From NCBI GenBank assembly GCA_041488355.1, contig JBGPPC010000003.1, positions 1 through 45,527 on the forward strand: 45,527 nucleotides of DNA. Direction: 5' to 3'. Positions 1-9,711 of the stretch are shown here, piece by piece; position 1 is the first letter of the stretch; the number at the start of each line of letters is the position of its first letter. Source of the DNA: Gammaproteobacteria bacterium (GTDB lineage Bacteria > Pseudomonadota > Gammaproteobacteria > Burkholderiales > SHXO01). The position numbers and the translations under genes are program-made. The notes beneath the pieces are model-generated. The model was not told where the DNA came from. It ran no database searches and saw only the letters and a list, made by a program, of their open reading frames with translations.

Positions 1-1
1 G

Positions 2-700
2 CGCAAGGATCCGCCATTCGACATGGAGTACATCTACAGCACCTATCTGCTGGAGCTGGCCGAACTGCAAGGCGCGCGCGTCATCAACCGTCCACGGGCG
101 CTGCGTGACTACAACGAGAAGTTTTCGATCACGCGCTTCATCCAGCTCACCGTTCCCACGCTCGTCACTAGGCTCGAGCATGAGATCCGCGGCTTTCTCG
201 ACGAGCAGGCGGACATCGTCCTCAAGCCTCTGGACGGCATGGGCGGCGCCTCGGTGTTCCGCCTGCACCGCCAGGATCCCAACATCGGCGTCGTGATCGA
301 AACGCTCACCCACTACGGGCGCCGCACCGTCATGGCCCAGCGCTATATCCCAGAGATCGCGAAAGGGGACAAGCGCATCATCGTGATCGACGGCAAGCCT
401 GCGCCCTACGCCCTGGCCCGCATCCCCAAACCGGGCGAGACACGCGGGAACCTTGCGGCCGGCGGTCGTGGCGTAGCCCAAGAGTTGTCACCCCGCGATC
501 GCGCTATCGCCGAGGCGGTGGGGCCAGCGCTTGCGGCCGAGGGCATGCTGCTCGTGGGGCTCGACGTCATCGGCGACTACCTTACCGAAATTAACGTGAC
601 CAGCCCCACCGGGATGCGCGAGATCATGGACCAGACCGGGTTCGACGTGGCCGGAATGATGATCGACGCGGTGGAAAGGGCCGTGACTCGTGACTCGTGA
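2..700 (+). CDS. gshB: Glutathione synthetase (5' truncated by window edge)
   Basis: Frame open from position 2: [36 protein letters not shown] and EINVTSPTG are GshB ATP-grasp motifs. Confidence 0.96.
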   Translation, partial: RKDPPFDMEYIYSTYLLELAELQGARVINRPRALRDYNEKFSITRFIQLTVPTLVTRLEHEIRGFLDEQADIVLKPLDGMGGASVFRLHRQDPNIGVVIETLTHYGRRTVMAQRYIPEIAKGDKRIIVIDGKPAPYALARIPKPGETRGNLAAGGRGVAQELSPRDRAIAEAVGPALAAEGMLLVGLDVIGDYLTEINVTSPTGMREIMDQTGFDVAGMMIDAVERAVTRDS

Positions 701-803
701 TTCGTGACTCGTAACCCGCTGCCGGTTCCACTCTCGCCAGTCAGGCAAGCGCGCGCCTAGGCGAGGTTGCTGGCGGACCAAAAGCTACGAATCACGAGTC
801 ACG
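682..803. repeat. Inverted heptamer tandem-repeat element (CGTGACT x5 ... AGTCACG x3)
   Basis: Left units 682-716: cgtgact cgtgact cgtgatt cgtgact cgtaacc. Right units 783-803: agctacg aatcacg agtcacg. 689-705 is the exact reverse complement of 787-803 (17 bp). Confidence 0.85.
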
Positions 804-806
804 GAG

Positions 807-812
807 TACAAT
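807..812 (+). promoter_or_regulatory. Possible sigma70 -10 element (TACAAT) for the PTS genes
   Basis: TACAAT 28 nt before the EIIA ATG; no convincing -35 seen. Confidence 0.35.
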
Positions 813-840
813 CGCGTCTCCCTGGTCTGCGGACCCTTCG

Positions 841-1257
841 ATGATTGGAATTCTGATCGTTGCGCACGGCACATTGGGCGAAAGCCTGATCCACTGTGCC
901 AGCCACGTCCTGGGCAGCCGACCCATGCACCTGATGCAAATCGGTGTCACCGTGCACGACGACCCGCAACAACTCCTGCCTCAAGCCATCAAGCTGGTGA
1001 AACAACTCGACCATGGCGACGGTGTGTTGGTGCTTACCGATCTTTACGGGGCGACTCCAGCAAACCTTGCGGCCAAGCTTTTGGTCGCGGGTCGCGTCGA
1101 GGGCGTGGCCGGCGTCAACTTGCCCATGCTGGTGCGGGCGCTGACATACCGCAGTGAGCCTCTGAGAGTCGTCGTGAGCAAAGCCATTTCAGGGGGTGTG
1201 GAAGGTGTCATGCAAATGCCCCCGGCGAACGTAGGACATGCAGCAACTGGAAGTTGA
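841..1257 (+). CDS. PTS EIIA component, mannose/fructose family (stand-alone)
   Basis: GILIVAHG (phospho-His), VLVLTDLYGATPAN and GVNLPML motifs of EIIA-Man; directly upstream of HPr and EI. Confidence 0.93.
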   Translation: MIGILIVAHGTLGESLIHCASHVLGSRPMHLMQIGVTVHDDPQQLLPQAIKLVKQLDHGDGVLVLTDLYGATPANLAAKLLVAGRVEGVAGVNLPMLVRALTYRSEPLRVVVSKAISGGVEGVMQMPPANVGHAATGS

Positions 1258-1507
1258 AATCACCAATAAGCTCGGCTTGCACGCGCGTGCCTCGGCCAAG
1301 CTCACCCAGCTCGCCGGCAAGTTCCAGTGCGAGGTCTGGATGTCGCGCAACGGTCGTCGAGTCAACGCCAAAAGCATCATGGGCGTGATGATGCTGGCTG
1401 CGGCCAGGGGCACGACGGTGACCATGGAAACCAGCGGTCCAGACGAGGAAGAAGCCATGTCGGCGCTGCTGGAGCTGATCAAGGATAGGTTTGGCGAGTC
1501 CGAATGA
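1238..1507 (+). CDS. ptsH: Phosphocarrier protein HPr
   Basis: NKLGLHARAS (His15) and NAKSIMGVMML (Ser46) signatures; 89 aa. Confidence 0.96.
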   Translation: MQQLEVEITNKLGLHARASAKLTQLAGKFQCEVWMSRNGRRVNAKSIMGVMMLAAARGTTVTMETSGPDEEEAMSALLELIKDRFGESE

Positions 1508-1624
1508 ATGCGTGAAAGCTTGAATGAGTAAACCCCCTGGGCCGCGGCCCGGGGTCGGGAGCAACGTGAACGCGGGCAAATCACCCTTTTATTCCCTCAC
1601 TGATTCACCCCTTCACCGCTCATG
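1503..1624. repeat. Degenerate inverted octamer tandem-repeat element with central GC hairpin
   Basis: TGAA/TAAA at 1505, 1513, 1521, 1529 and TCAC/TTAT at 1581, 1589, 1597, 1605, 1613 (period 8); hairpin at 1532-1555. Confidence 0.6.
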
Positions 1625-3346
1625 AGCTTCACCATCCACGGCATCGGCGTCTCCGGCGGCATCGGTATCGGTCATGCCCACCTGCTGAGTCAACCCGGGC
1701 TCGAGGTCGAGCACTACACGATCTCCGAAGCCGAGGTGGCGCCGGAGCAAGCGCGCTTCGATGGCGCGATCAGCACCGCGCGCAGCGAGCTGGCCGCGCT
1801 GGCCGAGCACATTCCCGCCGACGCCCCGCCTGAAGTCGAGGGCTTCCTCAATCTGCACCTGATGATCCTGGGCGATAGCACGTTGTCCGAAGCACCGCGC
1901 GATCTCATCGCGGCGAGCAAATGCAATGCCGAGTGGGCCGTGTCCCAGCAAGCGGAGGCGTTGCTCGATCAGTTCGAGCGCATCGAGGACGAATACCTAA
2001 GGGAGCGCAAGGCCGACGTCGTGCAGGTCGTCGAGCGTGTTCTCAAGGCGCTGACCGGCCACCGCCGCAACATCCCGGTGCCGCGCCACAAGGAGGAAGA
2101 CAGCATCCTGGTAGCGCACGACCTCTCGCCAGCCGATGTCATCCAGTTCAAGCAGCATCGTTACGGCAGCTTCGTCACGGACTTGGGTGGTGCCACCTCG
2201 CACACCGCGATTCTCGCGCGCAGCCTGAACATTCCATCCATCGTCGCGCTGCATCACGCACGCTCATTGATCCGCGAGAACGAGCTGCTGATCGTGGACG
2301 GCAGCAACGGCGTGGTGATCGTCAATCCCGACAAGTACGTTCTCGCTGAATACAAGCTGCGTCAGGAGCAGTGGCAGCTCGAACGGCAAAAGCTCAAGCG
2401 TCTCAAGACCACCCGCGCCGCCACTCTGGACGGCACGCGCGTGGAGTTGCACGCCAATATCGAGCTGCCCGAGGACGTGCACCAGGCCAAGGAGAACGCG
2501 GCGGCCGGCATCGGCCTGTTCCGCAGCGAGTTCCTGTTCCTCAATCGGGACGAGCTGCCGTCGGAGGACGAGCAATTCGAGGCCTACCGCAAGGTGGCAG
2601 TCGAGATGAAGCAACTCCCCGTGACCATCCGCACGCTCGACCTTGGCGCAGACAAGAACCTCAACAACGCGGAGCGTGTGGCGCCGAACCCCGCACTGGG
2701 ACTGCGCGCTATCCGGCTGTGCCTGGCCGAGCCCCAGATGTTTCACCGTCAGCTGCGCGCGATCCTGCGGGCATCGCACTATGGGAAGATCCGTTTGCTC
2801 ATCCCGATGCTATCCACGGCTCACGAGTTGCAGCAGACCCTCCATCTGGTGCAAGAGGCCAAGAACAGCCTGGACGCGGATGGCATCGCCTACGACCGCG
2901 GCATCCCGGTCGGTGGCATGATCGAGATTCCAGCGGCTGCGCTGTCGCTCGGCACCTTCACGCGTCGGCTCGATTTCCTGTCCATCGGCACCAACGACCT
3001 GATCCAATACACGCTAGCCATCGACCGCACCGACGACGCCGTGGCGCACCTGTACGATCCTTTGCACCCGGCCGTGCTGCATCTGGTGGCGCATGTCATC
3101 CGCGAAGCCAACAAGGTGAGTGTTCCGGTCGCGGTGTGCGGGGAGATGGCCGGCGACGAGCGATTGACTCGCATACTGCTGGGATTCGGGCTGCGTCAGT
3201 TCTCCATGCATCCTGCCCACCTGCTCACGGTCAAGCAGCAGGTACTCAAATCTGATCTGGCCGAGGTTACGCAGCTGGCCAGGAGGATGCTGAAGACCGA
3301 CGACCCGGACAAGGTGAGCGCGCTGCTCGAGCGCATGAACACCTGA
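1622..3346 (+). CDS. ptsI: PEP-protein phosphotransferase (PTS enzyme I)
   Basis: GGATSHTAILARS (phospho-His), GIGLFRSEFLF, RTLDLGADK, NPALGLRAIR, FLSIGTNDLIQY, CGEMAG. Confidence 0.97.
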   Translation: MSFTIHGIGVSGGIGIGHAHLLSQPGLEVEHYTISEAEVAPEQARFDGAISTARSELAALAEHIPADAPPEVEGFLNLHLMILGDSTLSEAPRDLIAASKCNAEWAVSQQAEALLDQFERIEDEYLRERKADVVQVVERVLKALTGHRRNIPVPRHKEEDSILVAHDLSPADVIQFKQHRYGSFVTDLGGATSHTAILARSLNIPSIVALHHARSLIRENELLIVDGSNGVVIVNPDKYVLAEYKLRQEQWQLERQKLKRLKTTRAATLDGTRVELHANIELPEDVHQAKENAAAGIGLFRSEFLFLNRDELPSEDEQFEAYRKVAVEMKQLPVTIRTLDLGADKNLNNAERVAPNPALGLRAIRLCLAEPQMFHRQLRAILRASHYGKIRLLIPMLSTAHELQQTLHLVQEAKNSLDADGIAYDRGIPVGGMIEIPAAALSLGTFTRRLDFLSIGTNDLIQYTLAIDRTDDAVAHLYDPLHPAVLHLVAHVIREANKVSVPVAVCGEMAGDERLTRILLGFGLRQFSMHPAHLLTVKQQVLKSDLAEVTQLARRMLKTDDPDKVSALLERMNT

Positions 3347-3369
3347 CCGCCTCGGGCCTCAAGCAAGCC

Positions 3370-4419
3370 GTGCGCATCGACACCGAACAGCTGGCACCGC
3401 ACCTCGGACGCGGGCTGAAGCCTCTGTACACCGTTTACGGCGAAGAGATCTTGCTCGCGCTCGAGGCCTGCGACCGTATTCGCAGGCGTTGCCGGGAGGA
3501 GGGTTACAGCGAACGAGAAGTGCTCAGCGTCGAAGCCGGATTCGATTGGTCGCAGCTCGCGGCGAGCGGCAACAGCCTGTCTTTGTTTGCGACCCGGCGG
3601 CTGTTGGAGCTGCGCATCCCCAGTGGCAAACCCGGGAACGACGGTGCCGACGCCCTGCGCCGCTATGCCGTTGACCTGCCGCCCGATACGGTCACGCTGA
3701 TCTCGCTGCCGAAGGTCGAGCGGGCGCAGCAGTCGAGCGGCTGGTTCGAGGCGCTCGATGCAGCCGGCGTGATGGTTGCGGCCAATCCGGTGACGGTCGC
3801 GCGTCTTCCGCGCTGGATCGCGGACCGTCTCGTACTGCAGAACCAGCAAGTCGATGAGCAGACGCTGACGTTCGTCGTCAGCCGCGTGGAAGGCAACCTG
3901 CTCGCGGCGCATCAGGAGGTCCAGAAGCTTGCGCTGCTGTTCCCGCCAGGTAAGCTCGATCCAGGGCAAGTCAAAGACGCCGTGCTCGACGTCGCCCGCT
4001 ATGATGTGTTCAAGCTGGGAGAGGCATTGCTCGCCGGCGACGCGCCGCGTTTCCACCGCATGCTCAACGGCCTGCGCGGCGAGGGCGCGGCGACGCCGCT
4101 GGTGCTTTGGGCGCTGGCCGAGGAGGCGCGCGCGCTGCTCCATGTCGGGCGCGGTCTTGCCGCCGGACGAGCGCTCCCGCAGTTGCTGCGTGAAGCTCGG
4201 GTATGGGGCGCACGCGCCGACCTGATGCCCCCCTCGGCTCGACGCCTCACAGCGCGGGAGCTGGAGGACACGTTGCTGCATGCGGCGCGTGTCGATCGGA
4301 TGATAAAGGGCTTGAGCCGGGGCGATGTGTGGGACGAGCTGCTCCAGATCGGGCTGCGCCTCCTCGGTCCATCACGCGATGTCAGACCGAATCGCGGTAG
4401 AATCCCCGCTCCTTCGTAG
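3370..4419 (+). CDS. holA: DNA polymerase III delta subunit
   Basis: [47 protein letters not shown]; GTG start; upstream of proA as in many Betaproteobacteria. Confidence 0.92.
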   Translation: MRIDTEQLAPHLGRGLKPLYTVYGEEILLALEACDRIRRRCREEGYSEREVLSVEAGFDWSQLAASGNSLSLFATRRLLELRIPSGKPGNDGADALRRYAVDLPPDTVTLISLPKVERAQQSSGWFEALDAAGVMVAANPVTVARLPRWIADRLVLQNQQVDEQTLTFVVSRVEGNLLAAHQEVQKLALLFPPGKLDPGQVKDAVLDVARYDVFKLGEALLAGDAPRFHRMLNGLRGEGAATPLVLWALAEEARALLHVGRGLAAGRALPQLLREARVWGARADLMPPSARRLTARELEDTLLHAARVDRMIKGLSRGDVWDELLQIGLRLLGPSRDVRPNRGRIPAPS

Positions 4420-4430
4420 GCGAACAGCAG

Positions 4431-5687
4431 ATGGACATCCAGTCGTACATGCACGGCGTCGGGCGTGAAGCCAGGAAGGCCTCGCGCGCCATGGCGCAGG
4501 CGGATACGGCGGCCAAGGATCGCGCGCTGCTGGCGATGGCTGCCGCGATCGAGCGCGACGTGCAACACCTGCTGGACGCAAACCGGCGCGACCTCGACAC
4601 CGCCAACGCCAAGGGGCTAGGGCCCGCCATGGCCGACCGGCTTGCGTTGGACCACAAGAGTGCGACTGCCATGGCGGAGGGCTTGCGGCAGATCGCGCAG
4701 TTGCCCGATCCCGTGGGCGAGATCAGTGAACTTAAGTACCGGCCTTCGGGCATCCAGGTCGGCCGGATGCGCGTGCCACTCGGTGTGATCGGCGTCATCT
4801 ACGAAGCGCGGCCGAACGTCACTGCCGATGCCGCAGGGCTGTGCCTGAAGGCGGGCAACGCCGCGATCCTGCGCGGCGGCTCGGAGGCGATTCATTCCAA
4901 TCAGGCCATCGCCGCGTGCGTGCAAGAGGGACTACGCGCTGCCGCGCTGCCCGAAGCAGCAGTGCAGGTGATCGAGACCACCGATCGCGCCGCCGTGGGC
5001 GAACTCATCACCATGCGGGAATATGTCGACCTGATCGTTCCGCGCGGCGGGAAGGGCTTGATCGAGCGCATCTCGGCCGAGTCTCGGATCCCCGTGCTGA
5101 AGCACCTCGATGGCGTATGCCACGTCTACATAGACGATCGCGCGGATTTGGAGCAGGCGATCCGCATCGCCGACAACGCGAAGACCCAGCGACTGGGCAC
5201 TTGCAACACGATGGAAACGCTGCTGGTGCACCGGGACATCGCAGCCGCGATCCTGCCGAGGTTATGCCGGATCTATCTCGAAAAAGGCATGGAGCTGCGC
5301 GGCGACGCGCGCGCGCGCGCCGTCGTCCCGCAGATGAAGGAGGCCAGCGAGGAAGACTGGTACACCGAGTACCTGGCGGCGATCCTCGCCGTGCGCGTCG
5401 TCGATGACCTCGACCAGGCGATCGAGCACATTGCCGTCTACGGCTCACAGCACACCGACGCCATCGTGACCGAGGACTACAGCCGCGCGCGCCGCTTCCT
5501 GCGCGAAGTCGATTCCAGCTCGGTGATGGTGAACGCCTCGACACGGATGGCGGACGGGTTCGAGTATGGCCTGGGTGCCGAGATCGGCATCTCCACCGAC
5601 AAGCTGCACGCGCGCGGACCGGTCGGGCTCGAAGGCCTCACGTCACAGAAGTTTATCGTGCTCGGGGACGGCCAGATTCGCGAGTAG
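4431..5687 (+). CDS. proA: Gamma-glutamyl phosphate reductase
   Basis: [66 protein letters not shown]. Confidence 0.97.
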   Translation: MDIQSYMHGVGREARKASRAMAQADTAAKDRALLAMAAAIERDVQHLLDANRRDLDTANAKGLGPAMADRLALDHKSATAMAEGLRQIAQLPDPVGEISELKYRPSGIQVGRMRVPLGVIGVIYEARPNVTADAAGLCLKAGNAAILRGGSEAIHSNQAIAACVQEGLRAAALPEAAVQVIETTDRAAVGELITMREYVDLIVPRGGKGLIERISAESRIPVLKHLDGVCHVYIDDRADLEQAIRIADNAKTQRLGTCNTMETLLVHRDIAAAILPRLCRIYLEKGMELRGDARARAVVPQMKEASEEDWYTEYLAAILAVRVVDDLDQAIEHIAVYGSQHTDAIVTEDYSRARRFLREVDSSSVMVNASTRMADGFEYGLGAEIGISTDKLHARGPVGLEGLTSQKFIVLGDGQIRE

Positions 5688-5761
5688 CGCGTGCCGATTC
5701 TTAAAGCGTCGGCTCCTTCGCAAGCACCCGTTTCGAAAAGCTCTGCACACTCAGGACAGCC

Positions 5762-7522
5762 ATGAGTAGCCAGATCGAGGTCAAGGTTCCCGACATCGGG
5801 GATTTCAAGAACGTGCCGGTCATCGAAGTCCTGGTCAAACCCGGCGACAGCATCAAGAAGGAAGACTCACTCATCGCGCTGGAGTCCGACAAGGCCACCA
5901 TGGAGGTGCCTGCGCCCGAGGCCGGCATCGTCAAGGAGCTGAGAGTGAAGCTCGGGGACAAGGTCTCCGAAGGCGCCGTGATTTTGGTACTGGAGACCGA
6001 CGGCGCTGCCGCTAAGGCCCCGGCGACGGAACCGCCCAAGCCCACGCCCGCGACCGCAACTCCCGCGCCACCAGCCGCGCCGGCCCTGGTTGCCACCGGC
6101 CCTACGGTCAAGGGCGACTATCACGCCGAAGTGCTGGTGCTGGGTTCTGGGCCGGGCGGCTACACAGCAGCCTTTCGCGCCGCAGATCTTGGCAAAAAGG
6201 TGGTGCTGACTGAGCGCTACGCGGAGCTGGGCGGGGTATGCCTCAACGTCGGGTGTATCCCGTCGAAAGCTTTGTTGCATGCCGCACGTGTAGTGTCGGA
6301 AGCCGAGGAGATGTCGCACTTCGGGCTCAAGTTTGACAAGCCGAAAATCGATGTGCCTGCGCTGCGCGCCTGGAAAGACAACGTAGTCGCGAAAGGGACT
6401 AAAGGGCTTGCCGGGCTCGCCAAGCAGCGCAAAGTGCAGGTGGTCACCGGCATCGCGAGATTCACTTCCGCGCACATGGTCGAGGTGCAGACCTCCGATG
6501 GCAAGAAGACGGTTTCGTTTGACTACGCCATCATCGCCGCGGGCTCGCAGTCGGCCAGAATTCCGGGCTTTCCTTACCAGGATGATCGCTTGCTGGACTC
6601 TACCAGCGCGCTGCAGTTGAAGGACATTCCTAAGCGCTTGCTGGTCATCGGTGGCGGAATCATCGGGCTGGAAATGGCCACGGTCTATGACGCGCTGGGA
6701 TCGAAGATCACCGTGGTCGAATTGCTCGATGGACTGATCCCCGGAGCCGATCGCGACATCATTCGGCCGCTGCACAAACGCATCGAGAAGCGCTACGAAG
6801 CGATTCATCTCAAGACCAAGGTCACCAAGCTCGAAGCCAAGCAGCAAGGCCTTCAGGCGACCTTCGAGGGCGAGGCTGCACCTCAGCCGCAGGTCTACGA
6901 CCGGGTATTGCTGTCGGTCGGGCGACGGCCCAACGGCGATGTCATCAATGCGGAAGCCGCGGGCGTGCTGGTAAGCGAGCGCGGCTACATCGCAGTGGAT
7001 AGACAGATGCGCACCAACGTGCCGCATATCTACGCCATCGGCGATATCGTGGGCGAGCCAATGCTGGCGCACAAAGCGAGCTACGAAGGCAAACTCGCAG
7101 CCGAGGTGATCGCGGGTCACAGGGCCGCTTTCGACGCGCGCACTATTCCGTCGGTGGCATACACTGACCCCGAGGTCGCTTGGATGGGGTTGACCGAAAC
7201 CATGGCGAAGGCGCAGGGGATGGAGTTCGACAAGGCCGTTTTTCCCTGGGCCGCCAGTGGACGCGCGCGCGCGACTGGACGCGAGGAAGGCATCACCAAG
7301 TTGCTATTCGACAAAGGCACGCGGCGCCTGCTGGGTGCAGGCATTGTCGGCCCCAACGCCGGTGAGCTGATATCCGAAACGGTACTCGCGCTGGAGATGG
7401 GCGCTGATGCCGAAGACATTGGGTTGACCATCCATCCGCACCCGACCCTTTCGGAGACCATTTTTTTCTCGGCCGAGATCGCCGAGAACAGCATCACCGA
7501 CCTGTACATGCCCAAGAAGTAG
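5762..7522 (+). CDS. lpdA: Dihydrolipoamide dehydrogenase with N-terminal lipoyl domain
   Basis: Lipoyl domain (VPDIGD...[11 protein letters not shown]), Pro/Ala/Thr linker, [20 protein letters not shown] disulfide motif, HPHPTLSE. Confidence 0.96.
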   Translation: MSSQIEVKVPDIGDFKNVPVIEVLVKPGDSIKKEDSLIALESDKATMEVPAPEAGIVKELRVKLGDKVSEGAVILVLETDGAAAKAPATEPPKPTPATATPAPPAAPALVATGPTVKGDYHAEVLVLGSGPGGYTAAFRAADLGKKVVLTERYAELGGVCLNVGCIPSKALLHAARVVSEAEEMSHFGLKFDKPKIDVPALRAWKDNVVAKGTKGLAGLAKQRKVQVVTGIARFTSAHMVEVQTSDGKKTVSFDYAIIAAGSQSARIPGFPYQDDRLLDSTSALQLKDIPKRLLVIGGGIIGLEMATVYDALGSKITVVELLDGLIPGADRDIIRPLHKRIEKRYEAIHLKTKVTKLEAKQQGLQATFEGEAAPQPQVYDRVLLSVGRRPNGDVINAEAAGVLVSERGYIAVDRQMRTNVPHIYAIGDIVGEPMLAHKASYEGKLAAEVIAGHRAAFDARTIPSVAYTDPEVAWMGLTETMAKAQGMEFDKAVFPWAASGRARATGREEGITKLLFDKGTRRLLGAGIVGPNAGELISETVLALEMGADAEDIGLTIHPHPTLSETIFFSAEIAENSITDLYMPKK

Positions 7523-7543
7523 AACCTGGGACTCTGTGCGTCC

Positions 7544-8383
7544 ATGTCTGACCTGTTCGTACCCCTGGTCGCCCGGCCGGCCGCGTTGAGCGAACCCTCG
7601 CATTGGTTCCTGTTCCAGGGAAGCCAGCTCCTGGTACACCGTGAGGAGGGCCGCGCGTGGGTGCCTCTCGTCGCCAATCCTCACGAGCTCAGCCTGGAGC
7701 CAGTGCGCACCCAGTATCTCGGAACGCTCGCTGGACGGCACTGCTATTCGGGCGAATGCGGGCCCGACGTTTCCGCTCCCGATGGGTACATCTGGTCCGG
7801 GTTGCGTGCGCTGTTCGGCTTGTTCGATGACGCGATGTTTGCGCTCGCCGGGCGCGCGGTGCAGATCATGGACTGGGACCGCTCGCACCAGTACTGCGGC
7901 CGTTGCGGGACACCAACGCTGGTGAAATCCGGCGAACGCGCACGCGAGTGCCCCAACTGCGGCCAGATCCACTATCCGCGCATAGCACCGGCCGTAATGG
8001 CGCTGGTCCAACGCGGCGACCAGCTTTTGCTCGCGCGTTCGCCCCACTTCGTGCCGGGCATGTACAGCGCCCTGGCCGGCTTCGTCGAGCCCGGCGAGAG
8101 CCTCGAGCACTGCCTCGTACGCGAAGTGAACGAGGAGGTCGGTGTCAAGGTTGCTAACCTGCGTTACTTCTCGAGCCAGTCCTGGCCCTTTCCCCATTCG
8201 CTGATGATCGCTTTCAACTGCGACTGGGTGGAAGGGGAGATCACCCCGGATCCCGGTGAGATCGAGGCGGCCGGCTGGTTCGGTCTGGATAATCTTCCGG
8301 TACTACCCAACAAGATCAGCGTCGCGCGCCGGCTGATTGACAACACAATAGCCACAATGAGAGCCGGCATCCCCGTGAGCTGA
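7544..8383 (+). CDS. nudC: NAD(H) pyrophosphatase NudC
   Basis: Zn ribbon CGRCG...CPNCG, YPRIAPA, Nudix box GFVEPGESLEHCLVREVNEEVG, SQSWPFPHSLM. Confidence 0.94.
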   Translation: MSDLFVPLVARPAALSEPSHWFLFQGSQLLVHREEGRAWVPLVANPHELSLEPVRTQYLGTLAGRHCYSGECGPDVSAPDGYIWSGLRALFGLFDDAMFALAGRAVQIMDWDRSHQYCGRCGTPTLVKSGERARECPNCGQIHYPRIAPAVMALVQRGDQLLLARSPHFVPGMYSALAGFVEPGESLEHCLVREVNEEVGVKVANLRYFSSQSWPFPHSLMIAFNCDWVEGEITPDPGEIEAAGWFGLDNLPVLPNKISVARRLIDNTIATMRAGIPVS

Positions 8384-8411
8384 CGCCCACCAAACCAAAG
8401 AGGAGGAGGCA

Positions 8412-9031
8412 ATGCTCAAGATCTGGGGGCGGAACAATTCTGTCAACGTACAGAAAGTCCTTTGGTGCTGCGAGGAAATGCAGATTCAGTACCAGCGCCT
8501 GGATGCCGGCGGCAGCTTCGGCGTCATCAACACACCACAGTATCGAGCACTTAACCCCAACGGACTGGTCCCCACCATCGAGGACGGCCCGTTCGTGTTG
8601 TGGGAGTCGAACACGATCGTGCGCTATCTCACGGCCAAGCACAGCGCCGGCAAGCTGTGGCCGGAAGATCTCAAGGTACGCGCAGAGGGCGACAAGTGGA
8701 TGGACTGGCAGTTCAGCATGTTCTGGCCCACCTTCGGCCCTTATTCTGGAATCTCGTGCGCACCCCGGTAGGCCAGCGGGACGAGAAAGCCATCGAGGAG
8801 TCGCGCCTGAAAACCAGCGAGATCCTGGAGTACCTCGACTCACACTTGAAGAACCGGATTTACGTCGCCGGCGAGGACCTCACCATCGGCGACATCCCGA
8901 TGGGCTGCGCCATCTGGCGCTGGATGGCGCTGCCGATCGAGCGCCCGGTCCTGCCCAACCTGCAGCGTTGGTTCGACACCCTGCGCGAGAGGCCGGCCTA
9001 CAGGAGTGTGGTCATGCTACCCGTGACATAG
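8412..9031 (+). pseudogene. Glutathione S-transferase (GstB/YliJ-like) split by a 1-nt frameshift near 8735
   Basis: N-half MLKIWGRNNSVNVQKVLW...NPNGLVP...LWESNTI runs to FWPTF; C-half RPLFWNLVRTP...TIGDIPMG...PNLQRWF is in another frame. Adding one C in ttc[c]gg joins them. Strong RBS aggaggagg. Confidence 0.8.
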
Positions 9032-9051
9032 TCGATGCCAACCCCAAAAGG

Positions 9052-9125
9052 AGAGGGCCATTCGCGGATGGCTCTTCGCGTCTCTTGAATGCCCGGCTAC
9101 CGCGCTGCTGTTCTTTAGCCGGGCA
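9052..9125 (+). other. Two intergenic stem-loops between GST and VanZ-like gene
   Basis: gagggccat/atggctctt (with G-U pairs) and perfect 10-bp tgcccggcta (9090-9099)/tagccgggca (9116-9125). Confidence 0.4.
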
Positions 9126-9134
9126 GAGGGCAAC

Positions 9135-9539
9135 ATGATCGACTCCGCTGCACGCCGGTTGCGACGCGCTTGGATCGTCATCGGCTGGGTCGGCGTCATC
9201 GGGGTCATTGTGCTGTCGCTGATCCCAAGCCCACCACAGCTGCTCCCGGTGGACCAGGGAGACAAAGTGGAGCACATGCTGGCTTTCGGTAGCCTGATGT
9301 TCTGGTTCGCTCAAGTCCACCTGCAGCGACACGGCCGTCTGGCGACCGCCGGGCTGCTGGTAGCGCTGGGCGTCGCCATCGAGTTTGCACAAAGGGAGAC
9401 CGGTTATCGCAGCTTCGAGTACGCTGACATGGGTGCGGACTGCGCCGGCATCTTCGTCGGTTGGCTGCTCGCACCACCTCGACTGCCGAATCTGTACGCC
9501 TGGTCCGAACACTTCCTTCTGGCGCTGAGCCAGAGGTAA
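9135..9539 (+). CDS. VanZ-like membrane protein
   Basis: Four hydrophobic segments; DKVEHMLAF, IEFAQ and RSFEYADMGAD motifs. Confidence 0.85.
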   Translation: MIDSAARRLRRAWIVIGWVGVIGVIVLSLIPSPPQLLPVDQGDKVEHMLAFGSLMFWFAQVHLQRHGRLATAGLLVALGVAIEFAQRETGYRSFEYADMGADCAGIFVGWLLAPPRLPNLYAWSEHFLLALSQR

Positions 9540-9559
9540 GCGCTCAACCCACTACGCGG

Positions 9560-9700
9560 TCAGTGCCGGAATCCGCTCGCCCACCGGAGCACGCGTACGT
9601 CCTTGATCCAGTCGAACTCCGTTGCGCCGTGCTCGAGCGCACGGTTATCCCACACGCATCGGGCGATGCACGCTTACTGTATACGAACTCCAGTGCGCAA
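9560..9700 (-). pseudogene. C-terminal remnant of a TauD/TfdA-family 2-oxoglutarate dioxygenase
   Basis: Minus strand reads ALEFVYS, then after a frame change VWDNRALEHGATEFDWIKDVRVLR (9655-9560), resembling the family pattern EFVYRH.W..GD.V.WDNR...H.......R. Confidence 0.5.
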
Positions 9701-9711
9701 TTCGGCAACTC

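Noticed and set aside
5995-6105. Low-complexity Pro/Ala/Thr stretch in lpdA as a repeat insertion
   Set aside because: Normal flexible linker following a lipoyl domain.
8721-8745. Programmed ribosomal frameshift in the GST gene
   Set aside because: No recognisable slippery heptamer or stimulatory structure; a simple 1-nt deletion explains it.
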